DNA of 55,658 bases, filler included, from Sphacelaria rigidula (taxonomy: Eukaryota), in the NCBI GenBank assembly GCA_964200075.2. It is 5 parts of 5 records of this genome, joined end to end, with 100 filler letters (N's around TTAATTAATTAA, not from the genome) between each part and the next. Parts side by side here need not be neighbours in the genome. Positions count along the whole stretch, not along the records: positions 11,155 to 22,206 come from CAXNAA020005471.1; positions 22,307 to 33,358 come from CAXNAA020005472.1; 3 more parts are not named here. The stretch is one strand, 5' to 3'. A program made the translations under genes and the position numbers. Within the stretch, counting starts at the first letter, position 1, and each line of letters starts with the position of its first letter. Of this stretch, positions 13,213-24,767 are shown piece after piece. The notes below the pieces were generated by a model. The model did not search any database and had not been told where the DNA came from. It was given only the letters and a program-made list of their open reading frames with translations.

Positions 13213-13612
13213 ACAAATTGGGGATGGATCTTTCATTAGGGATGAGAAACCCGGAGGATTGAAATCTTCGTATCCACACTAAATCGCCGAAATTTGGTTC
13301 CATTTCTTCACCTACTAATAGCTATTGACAGCTGCTACACGCCATAGAAATTTGGATTGCGATCACCGAAGTCTTGGGGTCCTACGTGAAAAACTAATTT
13401 CGGAACCATTTTGGCGTCCGGTCAAACACGCGGAATCCCCCAAAATTGATTTTTCACCTAGGACCCCAACATTTCGGTGATCGAAATCCGAATTTCCATG
13501 ACGTGTAGCAGTTGTCAATAGCTATCAGTAGGTGAGGAAATCGAACCATATTTCGGAGATTTAGTGTGGATACGAAGATTTCAATCCTCCGGGTATCTCA
13601 TCCCCAATTTGT
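13213..13612. mobile_element. Palindromic foldback MITE
   Basis: Arms of ~155 bp: gggatgagaaacccggaggattgaaatcttcgtatccacactaaatc.. versus ..gatttagtgtggatacgaagatttcaatcctccgggtatctcatccc. A second truncated copy is at 55505-55658. Confidence 0.8.
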
Positions 13613-13849
13613 CAGATCGCGTGTTACTTGCCCATGAGGTATTCGATAGCGCACGAAATAGTTTCGCCTACACAGAGATGCATCAAGTGGCGCGAGATTT
13701 GATGTAAGCTGATATCATTTTAGGGGGCTCGATCGATCAAGGGGTGGTCTGCCATTGAAACACCACCAATTCACCTACTTCCACCGATAAAGCTCTTGTC
13801 TATCGGAGCTTGGGAATTGACTGGAAGACATAAAAATGTTTTACGAAAA

Positions 13850-15700
13850 AATCAGACTCCCGATCCGATGCTTCACTCTAGATCTTGCGAAAACCTTGTT
13901 TAATTGGGAAATGCCGGAATGATCGGAAACATTGATCACAGCGCGCAGCGCCCCTGTGGGTGATCGGCGCTTGCAGAGAACCTCGGTTTTACGATATGGC
14001 TTGCTACGGCTGGAGCCATAGGATACAACATGGAGACACTAACTGCGTGTGCCTTGTTCGACGACCTCAGCTCGCACGAGGAAACTAGAATGAATACCCG
14101 AATGCCCACGGCACTGATGTGACGAAATTGTGGCCTACACGTCGTACATGACCATGAGTGTGTATGACCAAGAAGTCAACATATGGACATGGCGTACGTT
14201 CCTTCTGCAGTCAGGATACTTCTTCAGTCGCGCGCACACAGCCGACAGTCCTGCCGTACTAACCTGGACACAACCTCAACACTTTACCCGAACGATCAAA
14301 CAACCTCCATTCCGACATCGTAAGATAGCACATCATTTTCGCCAGATTGAGTGACCTTTTGGTTGGGAGTGAGCTCTGAACAGGAACACGAATCTACGGT
14401 GTTCCTCTTAATCGATAGAACACTGATATGTCTGGATGCCAGCCGAACTCAACATATCACCTGCCCTAGTGGTCATACGGTCAATTCGAATGGCGTTGCG
14501 GAACGTGGAAGATTCAGAGTCGTTACCTGTACGAGTATTAGTAGAGAATGATCCATATAGTGGAACAGCGAATAAATACGGGAATTGATGTATCAACCAC
14601 GGAAACATTCCTCTCATTAACGCGCCGCTATCGTTGAGCAGGTTATGATTACATGCCGGACATGATGCCATGCACTCCAAAAATATTCTTCCAATGAGTA
14701 TGTGGGATGGGAGAACAGGATACTGACCCGTCGCGACTTCGAAGAATCGTATACCGGCGTTCGTTTGCTTTCGGATTATAAGTCCAATGACCAACACTTC
14801 GGAACGTCAACCCCTTGACGGCCAAGGTTGGTAATCAGGGTTACGTAGCAACGTTCGAGCGACAATGATGCCGATTTCACAAAGGGCTGAAAAGCTCACG
14901 ATCAAAAGCTACCTCTCAATCTGGCGAAAAAGTTGTTATATGCACCTTAAACGAGGTATTTGCCGGCGAAGACCAGACCCTGCAATTTTCTGCAGATATA
15001 AAGTTTTCTGTCGTTTGTTTTCACCTGAGAAGTTCTCAGTCAACATACCCTGAACAGATATGCAAGTCCTTGCCCCTGTGAACATACAGTGTATCACTTC
15101 GATCAGACAACATCGATCCCGTTTGTTTATTGATCATGGTCACGATTTGACGGACTCTGCTGGATGTCGTCGAATTGCAGCAATGTACATGGTATATTAT
15201 TTCAACAAGCAAGTGATTCAATGGTTTTGACGGGTGCTCTCATCGGTTGCGTAGCCCACTTTTCATTTGAAAAATTCATGAGAGAGGAAATCGTTTCTCT
15301 TCTGAAAAAGAGACGTGGGACCTCAACTTCGTCAGCACCGTGTTCCTAGTGGGCATCTTACTCCCGTATGGTGGGAAAAGGTTCACTCGTATCGGAAACA
15401 CGGAATGTCCTACTCAAGCATGCGAAGGTACGAGTAATAAACGATGATTTCACAGATGTTCTATCGAAATTCCCTTTTACAGAAGTATGCCCACGTGTGT
15501 ATCTGTGGCGCCCTTTGCGGGAACTACACCATGAGCAACACATCCCGGCGCCCGGTACGGTCTTCGTCAGCGACGGGCGCCGCATATCAATATTCGAGAA
15601 TTGATGCCCGACTCCAAGCTCCGCACAAACAGCCATGGATGCACGTAATGCATGATGGTGAAGGTATCAACCGGTTCTCGGACCGTTTCGTTTTACTTGC
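13850..15700 (+). mobile_element. Degenerate Ty1/Copia integrase-to-RT remnant
   Basis: HTDVT, YMTMSVYDQEVNIWTWRTFL (integrase core), TCPSGHTVNSNGVAERG (T.PY.PQQNGVAER), FMREEIVSLLKK (AM.EEI.SL.KN). Disrupted throughout. Confidence 0.55.
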
Positions 15701-15823
15701 TGCATCCCTCTGCTGATACTTGATATATTTCAGCTTGTCGAAAGCCAATCTAGTTTTCTGTTGCACCACAGACACCCTCAACAACCAAGTACGAGTGCGC
15801 TCTACCGCTACGTTTGAATCTAC

Positions 15824-18800
15824 TCACGCCCCGCACAGCTTGATTTTCTGGAGTAGCAAATCGAACGTCGACAAGTCACCGGTGCTCGGGGCCATGGCGT
15901 AACCGCCCAAACTTTCGGGGGAAGGCCATAACCTCAACGCTTCCTCGTACCCGGCTGTCAGGTACCTGCACGGCAGGGCAAACACACGCGCACATAATTA
16001 AACGACCGTAAAATGGTTATTGCTTGGCCGCAGTGTGTTCAAGTACAGTAACTGCAGGGTAAAACAGTCTATGCAGAGAACACAGATGCAACGGAGGTGC
16101 TGCCCATGAGTCAAGGGATCGATCTTTGACCCATCGCCAAGAATACGCCCCAACGGGCAGAGGCGAGGTCCCCGAACCTGGCACATCACGTCAAACAAAA
16201 GGTATCATCGTGTCCGTTCGGACCAACAGAGGTTACACTCGGGGGACAACGAAATTCAGCGGCTTCGGACGCCCTAAAAATGTTTTCCTCCGTTGTTGTC
16301 AGAATGCAAACCTCATCAGACAGCGGAGATAGTAGCATGCGTAGGCACTTGAAGAGGATGCTTTAACCCCAGTAGCCGCACAAGCCATATTATCTCGCGT
16401 AACACTCTTGTCCGAGTTTCATGCCATAGTTTTGGAATGCGTGGCAAACCCACCCCGGGTGCGTCCGGCAAGCAGACTTTACAGCACTGGCCTCTTACCT
16501 TTCTCTGTTGTGCAGCAGTACATGGATCGCCCTAGCCTCCGCGGGGCCGACATAGTGGAAGGAAATTGTGTTTTCTGCGCAGCATCCAGGGCCAGCAATC
16601 CATAGTCCTGGTTTCGAGGCGTGGACATCCTTGTACCACTGATCGACCTTGCCCTCCGCCATACGAGTTGGTCCGTACGAGTTGAACCGCTGTCCTCCCT
16701 GCATTTTTATCGTGCCGAATGCGTTGTTGCGCGTCTTGTCAACTTGAGAGCCAGGCGTGGTCCAATCTCAAATGTGCAGTTCATCGTACTCTGGTGGTCT
16801 GGTGGCCAAGACAATGTTTTGACAAGCGTTTAGATGAAGACCCGCGAAGATATAAACGTGGGATCGAGCTATACGGTCAAGATATCGAACGCTTGAATAT
16901 CATCCGCATTACTCTTCATGGAATCGACACCATCGAATCATCAACCAACATCGAGTCACATACAGCGCCGCAGATGGGTTTTGGGCCTTTCGAGTGGCAA
17001 ACACTCTGCGACTGCGGAGTTGACTAACCCGTTCACCTGATCATCCGTTGTATCTTGGGCTTCAATCCCTAATCGTTGCAGACATCGCGCGAGGGTCACA
17101 CCTACAGACGGATGGCGCGCGATGAGGACACGAAACGACACCCGAGCACGGGCCGACGAAGGAGCGCTGGTGAAGCGATTGAAATGGCTCAAACGACGTT
17201 GCACAAGGTATTCAAAAATGGATTTCCTGCAAAAGCACACTCATGTCGAGCGATCTGCGCTTGACGAAAGTAATATTCCAATATATTGCTGAATCAGATC
17301 GAGGAAATTCCACAACCGATACCGCTGACGATAAGTGCGCAGTGCATACATATTTTCTACCGTATCAACGGCCGAGAAGCAAAGGGCGGATCTCGACTCT
17401 ATTTGAAGCAGGAAATATGTGGCACTGTAATGTGAGCAGATATCGGCATTTTCTGAATGAGAGTAGTATCGTTGAGAGTAGTATCGTATGTGGTGAAACA
17501 CAACAGCTACCCGTTTCCTCACCCATAAGTTCCATAAATTCGATCATCTGTTCGGCTAGACCGAAGTATATACCATTCGGAGTAATCACCTCGACTAACT
17601 CGACCCATGATTTTTTTTCTCACGGTGTATGCTGAGAAGCATTCATAATACCTGGATTTTCTTTCTCGAATTTAGATGAAGCCACACACTCGGGCCGCGT
17701 TTCCTTTTCTACTGCAAACGCGGTGTCCCGGGTGTCTCCTGCGGGTGGCCCGTCCGTAATTTTACCCACGTCTGATCCCCAAGCCGCTGATAATCGCTGT
17801 AAAGTTTCTCTGCTGAGGAGGACGCCCGACGCCCCTGGGTTAAGCATCGCGCCCTGGATCAGCGTTGGTGTTTTCAGAGCAGTGGCAACAAAGGTCCCAC
17901 AGAAAACACACGGCGAGGGCAAGAGCAAACAGGAACTTCAGCGTACTGTGGGAGCAACGGTGAGAGGTGCTACTTGCACAACCGATCACGGCCTATGCAG
18001 CAAACCCCGCTTAAAGTGCACAGATACGCTCATGCATGTTCAAAATACACCAAGGTTGTGTTCTGTAGGGTACGGGATATTCGGTAGGATATGAGGTTCC
18101 TTACAAAGCTTGCAAAACTATCGGGTACCGGTATGCAAGTCTTACAGAAGTTACAGAACCTGTCGGGTATTGGTGTGAAAGTCTTGAGAATTCAGAAATA
18201 TGTCGAGTACGGGTGATACCCGGGAAAACACCCCCGGTGTACAAGAAGCCGTACCCCACATAACACAACTTTGGACACGACCACCCTCGACGTCGATGAC
18301 CCCCCTGGTGGCGTAGCTGAACCTCCCCCACTCGAGCCACCACTCGAGTAAGGGGGTGATTCGTCTTGACGGTCTGCATTGTTGCTTGTGTTTCGTGTTT
18401 CCACTCAACGGTACCCCGTAACCCGTCAGTGCTTGTTTGTGGGTGTTGTCATTGAGTGAACTACGGGAGGTTGATTGATGAAGGTTCGAGGTACAAGTTC
18501 TTCATCAGATTGTCGTTATCAGATTGTATGGCCATTGAACCCATACCCATACCTTTCCAGGGTAGATACCTGTGCTCGTATCTGCATCGGGTATAAGGGT
18601 ATACCCCAATCGCGGATGGGGGTATGGAAGGCTTACAGAATTTGCATACCTGTTAGATACCGGTATGAAAGACTCACAGAAGTGACAGGGCTTGTCGGGT
18701 AGGGTACGGGCAATACCCGGGAAAATACCCCGAATTTACAAAGAAACGCACCTAGAGAATACAACCTTGAATTCACCATGTGCTATGCATCAGGCCTTGA

Positions 18801-19851
18801 TTCGTTGATCGGGGGCGTGATCTTCTCCTGGCAGGGCTGCTCGCGTATGCTTCTGTATCATGCCTTCGAATGCAAAGTGAAAAAAACAAACTCTGAAAAC
18901 ACCCGTGGTCATCCGATCCCGAACTCTGTTCAACAGTCACCTCAGCGAGTTGGTTCGGCGAAGGAAGAGCTGTTCACTCCCGGATGCTAGGGAAGACAAG
19001 TCTACGTGAGGTGCCTAAGACACGGGTTCCCAACAGGTGCCGACGCGTGATATGAGCACCGATCAGACCCACCTCCTGTCGCTCTCGTCTGAAGCGATTT
19101 CCGAGATACAGGGGTTCCGTTGGACTAAGACCTTCCAGATAACACAGCAAGTTCTCTGGGATGACGAACGTGTGCTCGTTGCAGAAAAACAAGAAGTCGG
19201 GATCGTAACGGAAATGAGCCCCCGCCAAGAAATGCCGCATTCGTGCCTCTGTGTCGGCTCCGCCATCCGATACCTCGGACGGTACCATCAGCAATCTTGG
19301 CGTATTGTCCGGTTTTCCTGGAGAGCATCAAAGTTCCCGTGTTTGGGTTGTTTGAAATAGGGAGGAATGGCGATTGGCGGAGCGAAACGCAGAGAGCGAC
19401 TTGAAATCGATTCCGTGGCGGGGGCACACCAAGTACAGCACGTCACCCGCCCGACGTGTGGAGCAGAAGGACATGTACCCAGAGATAACCACTGTGAGCG
19501 CCTTTTGCTCAACCCCTCATAAGATGAGTTGGCGTAGGCAACTTAACATCACATAGCCACGGAGAAACCGCGCCATCTTGTTACCGCATCAAGTGTCTTG
19601 ACAGTAACACATACGAGACTGGCCTAAAGGCCTGGGCGGTAAACTCGGAAAGCGCATACATGCTGTCTAGGTGCGCGGTGGGACCGTGGTGGGGATACAG
19701 TACTCGATGGCACCTTCTTTGGTAGAGAAGTCCTCGATGCTCCACAGCCGCGTAGCCTCAGACGCAAATTGGTCGTTTTTCTCCATGACGAACACAAGCC
19801 TTGTGTTGGGCAATTGGCAAAGCAGCAGAGGGAGCATCCGCGGCGGATCAG
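15824..19851 (-). CDS. GT31-family (C1GALT1/fringe-like beta-1,3-galactosyltransferase-like) protein; 5' end uncertain
   Basis: Phase-consistent GT-AG exons 19851-19714, 19317-19073 (PDFLFFCNEHTFVIPENLLCYLEGLSPTEPLYLGNRF), 17853-17652 (GASGVLLSRETLQRL), 17101-17037 (VTLARCLQRLGIEAQDTTDDQ), 16698-16499 (GGQRF..GPGCCAENTISFHYV), 15965-15824 (ends TGA). Motif order matches C1GALT1. A possible first exon starts at ATG 20139. Confidence 0.85.
18050..18770. mobile_element. MITE/foldback family with ACAGAAG/CGGGTA subunits; one complete copy (18050-18274) plus a partial second copy
   Basis: TIR ccaaggttgtgttctgtagggtacggg / gccgtaccccacataacacaactttgg. Internal cttacagaag..tgtcgggta units recur at 18630-18770. 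Confidence 0.65.
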
Positions 19852-20879
19852 CTGTTTTGTGTGAAACGCAGGAATGTTGAAGGTTTATGTGCCAAATATT
19901 GGACGCCAGTACAAAAGAGAGTGTGCTGTACCCTGTGCTGTACTCTATGCCGTCGAAGTAGAATTCATCACCACGCTCAAACTCATCACGTCAAAGGCAG
20001 TACAGCTTGCATCCCAAGGTCTCGGAATCGGGTGGCAATCGATTGGGCCTAAAAGGGAGACAACAGCGTAGCTTGGTGAGCATAGAATCCATGCTCCCCA
20101 ACAAGCAACCCATCGCACGTTTATCCAAGCATGATACATAAATCAACGTGTAGAACAGTTGCGGAGACTACAGCCATCGCATTTTCCGGGAAACATGTCT
20201 CGGAGCTATCGCCCATCGTAGAAACCGAAAAAAGAAGGGATAACCGAACAACCTCGACTCCCTCGACAGCCACGACGGTGACGTCAGAAGCACGTAACAC
20301 GCGCCACTCTTGTATATATGAATATCCTGGTCAGTACAGAACGAGAGCAGGCGGAACATCGGAACAACAGAACATCCGGTGCACGCACATGCACCTATAC
20401 ACAAAGCACACCCGCACGTTTCGACTGCAGGAACGAACGGTATACCACGACGGGTGAAGTATTCCTGTGAGCCAGCATCACTTCACACCGCAAAAAAAAA
20501 AAAAACATGCGTGAGGCCGCTGCGAAGTAGTATTTGAGTGAACTTGTAAAAGTGCAACGCGAAAACAGAAGAAAAGTACATAGTGATAACGGTACGCACC
20601 ACAAACTATAAAAGTACAAGATACATCACACATACACGTGTAGATGAGGTACACTTCTAAACGCAGCAGCGAAAAATACCAATTCCAAGGACGGCATCGC
20701 GGTTGAGGCACTTCATGAACGAAATTTCACACGTGAGCGAAGAGGAATAACAAGAGGTTCGCCAAGTGTACGACAGCTGAATCACTGGGCATGGCGCACC
20801 TATTCGGCATGAAAGCGGTCGTATGCTGGTAAGCGTAGACTCAGGGGCTTGACTTAGTGCCAAGAGCTATAAAAGCCGT

Positions 20880-21900
20880 TGCCATAACAAATCCGATTGA
20901 GAGCCTAAAACACCCCATTCATTGAACCATGTATAGGGCGCAATGTGCATGCGGAATGGACAATACCACAGGCATGATAGATCCAAAACGCGAAGGATAA
21001 AATTTGTGTTGATCTCTCTTCCACATACCGCGGAACCATCAGTCTTACAACAACAGATGTAGTACCCGAAAATAAAACGATGCATTGCGGCACAAAGCAT
21101 CGGCCTCAACACCGCAGTATCAAGTGCACTTCCCGTGTGTGAAGCGTTAGTCTACAGTTCGGTTTGCCCCTTCGAATTCCTCACAACCACCAGGTACATC
21201 TCCCACTGAGCCAACTCCAGTGAGGGATCCCACTCTGGCGGGTCGTTCTGTGACCATAGGTGCCCGCACACGTCATTTTTCCCTTTCGGGAGATAGAACG
21301 ATACTCTTGCCCACGGAACACTTCGTGTCTGTACCCTCCAGGCTACCGAAGCGAAATACGTAGGGGTACGCCAGCGGTTCCCGAATTACTGTTGAACTGT
21401 GTACATGGCCGATACGATTATACTTGGGAACATTCTTTGCGCTGCACGAGCCAGGCGTTAAAGTTTTGCGGCATAGGCTTGGGTTAGACTCACGGGTGTG
21501 CGTACATGATTCATAGATTCCTGTATGTTGACGATAAGGAGCACGCAGCAGATCGAATCCACAAGGAACATAATCGACACGATACTTGTTCCTGCATTCG
21601 ACTTGACTGAGCTGTACTACTATGGTGATCTGCTGCCGAGGCACGCCAAGCAAAGGGCATTCTTGTTGTGGATAATTTCATGCACGTGAAATCGTGGAAC
21701 GAGCATGCCCTACAGCGGCTGGATGGAATAAATTTTCTCGGACACGCAGTCGCGGGCACACTGATGCGCTGGCCAACACAACGAAATATGAACTTTACAT
21801 CAATACAGGCAGTACTCTGCGTATGTGTCGGAATTGATACAGTATTTTTGAAACCGAGAAGCGCGACTCTCGCCAGAGGTGCATTTAGCACCCGGAATTA
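20880..21900 (-). mobile_element. Possible very degenerate Copia RT/RNaseH remnant
   Basis: Weak motif echoes only (HTGSALDT..GVEADAL ~ VALST.EAEY; VPRYVEERSTQ ~ P..IYEDNQ). Confidence 0.3.
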
Positions 21901-21961
21901 GCTTTGAGGTAGCATCTGGGAGTAGATATAGCCTCAACTGTGACAAGGAACAACAACATGG

Positions 21962-22206
21962 ATGATTGATTTGATTGATTGATTGTCGCACTTAACTGAC
22001 CCCCCAGGGATCCACCCGTGGTCTCATGATAGACGTACTCAAGAAAAACGGAATTCACACACGCTCTAAGGAAAAGAAGAAAAAGAAGAAGAAAAAAATG
22101 GAACAGGAAAAAAAAAAAAAAAAGGGGACGAACAGAACGACATGGAAAACTAAGACGAAAAAAAAAAAAGAAGGAACAAAAAAACCCCCCAAAAACTAAC
22201 AAAACA
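21962..22206 (-). mobile_element. 3' end of an RTE LINE (same family as 24768-26718), (CAAT)n tail, truncated by contig end
   Basis: Reverse complement matches gtctatcatgagaccacgg..ctgggggtcagttaa(a)gtgcgacaatcaa at 26649-26715. Confidence 0.8.
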
Positions 22207-22306
22207 NNNNNNNNNNNNNNNNNNNNNNNNNNNNNNNNNNNNNNNNNNNNTTAATTAATTAANNNNNNNNNNNNNNNNNNNNNNNNNNNNNNNNNNNNNN
22301 NNNNNN
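22207..22306. other. Artificial contig linker
   Basis: N44-TTAATTAATTAA-N44. Confidence 0.98.
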
Positions 22307-22319
22307 ATAGAGGTCTACG

Positions 22320-23230
22320 AACGTGTTCGTCGAGTTCGGCGTTGCCAAACACGGAGAAGAATGCTCACAATTGTTCCGAAAATCCGGGGACAGGCCAATT
22401 TTATCCCCGAATTGACTGTTTTCCCTCTTTGGTGCCGGAAAGTGATGCATTGTGAGGCATTGTGATACATTGTGATGCATTGTGAGGCATAGTGAGGCAT
22501 TGTGATGCGTAAACGTTTGTGCCAGAGGAAAATATCTTGAACGTCTTTGCTCTAGGTGTTCCATTTTCGCAGTCACTGTCGATTTTTGGTGATCAGAGGG
22601 CATCACTCAACGTGCGTCATAGTACCTTAATCGTAACCCATGGACACCAAATTTTGGGAGATCACTGTCAAACCGCATCTCGACGGGTTAATTAAGGAGA
22701 AAAAGATAAAACCTTTTTGTCGAGTACGGTGTTGCTAACCACAGACTGGATGGCGGAATTTGTTCTGAAGACTAGGGGACAGGCCATTTTCACCCCCGCA
22801 TTATTATTTTTCTTTGCAAAACGGACCGCACTAGTGTCATACACAGTTGTACCAAAGGAGAAGGCCTGAAACGTCCCAGGTGTTCCATTTCCGTAGTCAT
22901 TATCGATTTCTGCTGAAAAATGAGTGATTGGGGGGCACCACTCAACGTGCGTGATAGAGAACCTTAATCAAAACCGATGAAGACCAAACTTCGGAAGATT
23001 ACTATAAGAACGTATGTCAATGGGCGGAAAAAGAAAAAAAAATGAAAGCAATAGTTTTTGTCGGGTACGGCGTTGCCAACGACCGACTTCATGGCGAAAT
23101 TTGTTCCGAAAAAGAGGGGATAGACGATTTTCACCCCCGGATTCAACTGTTCTTCCCTTTTTTTATTCTTGAAAATAGACCGCACTTATCTCACATTTGT
23201 ACCAAAGGAGAAGGTCTGAGACGTCTAAGA
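22320..23230 (+). repeat. Degenerate tandem repeat, ~340-390 bp unit, about 3 copies, containing a 10-mer gcattgtga(g/t) minisatellite
   Basis: cgg(c/t)gttgc..aa..ttgttc.gaa..ggg..a..tttt.a.cccc recurs at ~22334, 22724 and 23065; minisatellite at 22442-22508. Confidence 0.7.
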
Positions 23231-23529
23231 TCGCGAAAAATTAACTGCTGCGTAAAGTGTACCGTGATTGAAACAGAGGGTGTTTTGGTCGCATTTTTAC
23301 GTCGATAGAGCCGTACTCCACATCTACTCCTGCAACTTGATTTGGTTATGTTTCAATTTTGAAAAGCTTGGGTGATGGAGGATTAAATTGTTTCTCTCCG
23401 GATACTCTGAGCATTGATCTACGTGTCGTGGTTCCCACGAACCAGAGTTTTTCCCGTCAGGTGCCCTAAGCGTACCTTTATTGGATCATTTTCCTCTATA
23501 ATCATATAATCTGGTTTCATGCCGGTTCG

Positions 23530-23860
23530 GCTTGCGCCCAACGTTGTGCAGACTGGGCATAAAAACGAACAATTTAGCGAGTACAGCAAGGCTACAAGAC
23601 GAACTTCTCAGCGATTGTGCAGGAGGTGACATAGATGATGATGGTGAGGAAGATTCCGGCGACGCTGGCAACGTTGAAGGCAGAACCTCAGATTTCATCG
23701 TCAATCCGCCTCCTTATGTAACCGTAGCAGAGGAGTTTGGAAAGTTGCAGGCTACAGCCAGGAAGAGTTGCATGGGAGATGTGTCATGCTATACCTTGAG
23801 AGGGCGAGGATTGCATGGATCAAAGCGCATACTAGGAACAGCAAGTTTCAACAGCAAGAT
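23530..23860 (+). mobile_element. Possible C-terminal remnant of a pogo/Tigger-like transposase
   Basis: Acidic tract followed by PPPYVTVAEEFGKLQATARKSCMGDVSCY, reminiscent of algal pogo-like transposase tails; no catalytic motif seen. Confidence 0.3.
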
Positions 23861-24767
23861 ATTCGCACTTATTTTGACCCATGACACTGTATTCAATATG
23901 CGTGTTGGTGATCCGTGGGAGAAGTTGTGGGGGTGAATCGTTCAGATAGAGCACCGCAACGCGCAACCTTAACCTTGACGAAGAGGACCAACCGATGCTT
24001 CTTGTGACTACACACGCGGCCATTCGGCTACCCCCGTAAACATCCTCTGTCGCGATTTTCATCCTGTCGAGGGAGCAATGCCACGGTAGGTGTGCACAAG
24101 TGTTTTCTGGGCTTATAATTGTCAGGAGCCATTTATCTCACTCAAAACACGACTTATGAAACATGTGAGAGTACCCCAGGATTACTATCCCAATGTGCTA
24201 GGGATATCCCGAATGGACCAACAAACGGGTATGTCCTGGCCCATATTCTCGTGAACCTAGCTAGAATCGCTAGGAGCCCCTGAACCAGGCAAGATTTCGC
24301 GCAAAAAGTGCAGCCCTACCGTATCATTGCTCGAGGGTAAAGTGACCCTCCGGAGGATACTAATATCGTCTAGAGGGTATTTCATACTCAGTTCCGGTCA
24401 TAAAACGAATCCTCTGGAGAACATCTGATGCTCCAGTGACTTCTGAGGTCTGAATCCCTCGAGAGTAACAAAAAGATGGTGCTCTCCAGGGCTGCGCATC
24501 CTTTAAGTTCCTCCGAGGATGCGCGCCCCTCCAGCGACAAAACAAGCCTCTGGAGGCGTTCGATCCCACCCCTCTGCAGACCCGCGCACCCTCTAGAGGC
24601 GTTTAATTCCTCTGGGGGCTCGAAAAGTTGACCCTAACACAGCATTGTGGGGGGTAGCCGAATGGCCGCGTATGTAGGTCGCGAGACGCTGTCATGAGGG
24701 CAACTGTGAATCAACGGCGGATAGATATAGCAGATGAGACTGCCGTATTGTGGAGTACAGAAATGCT

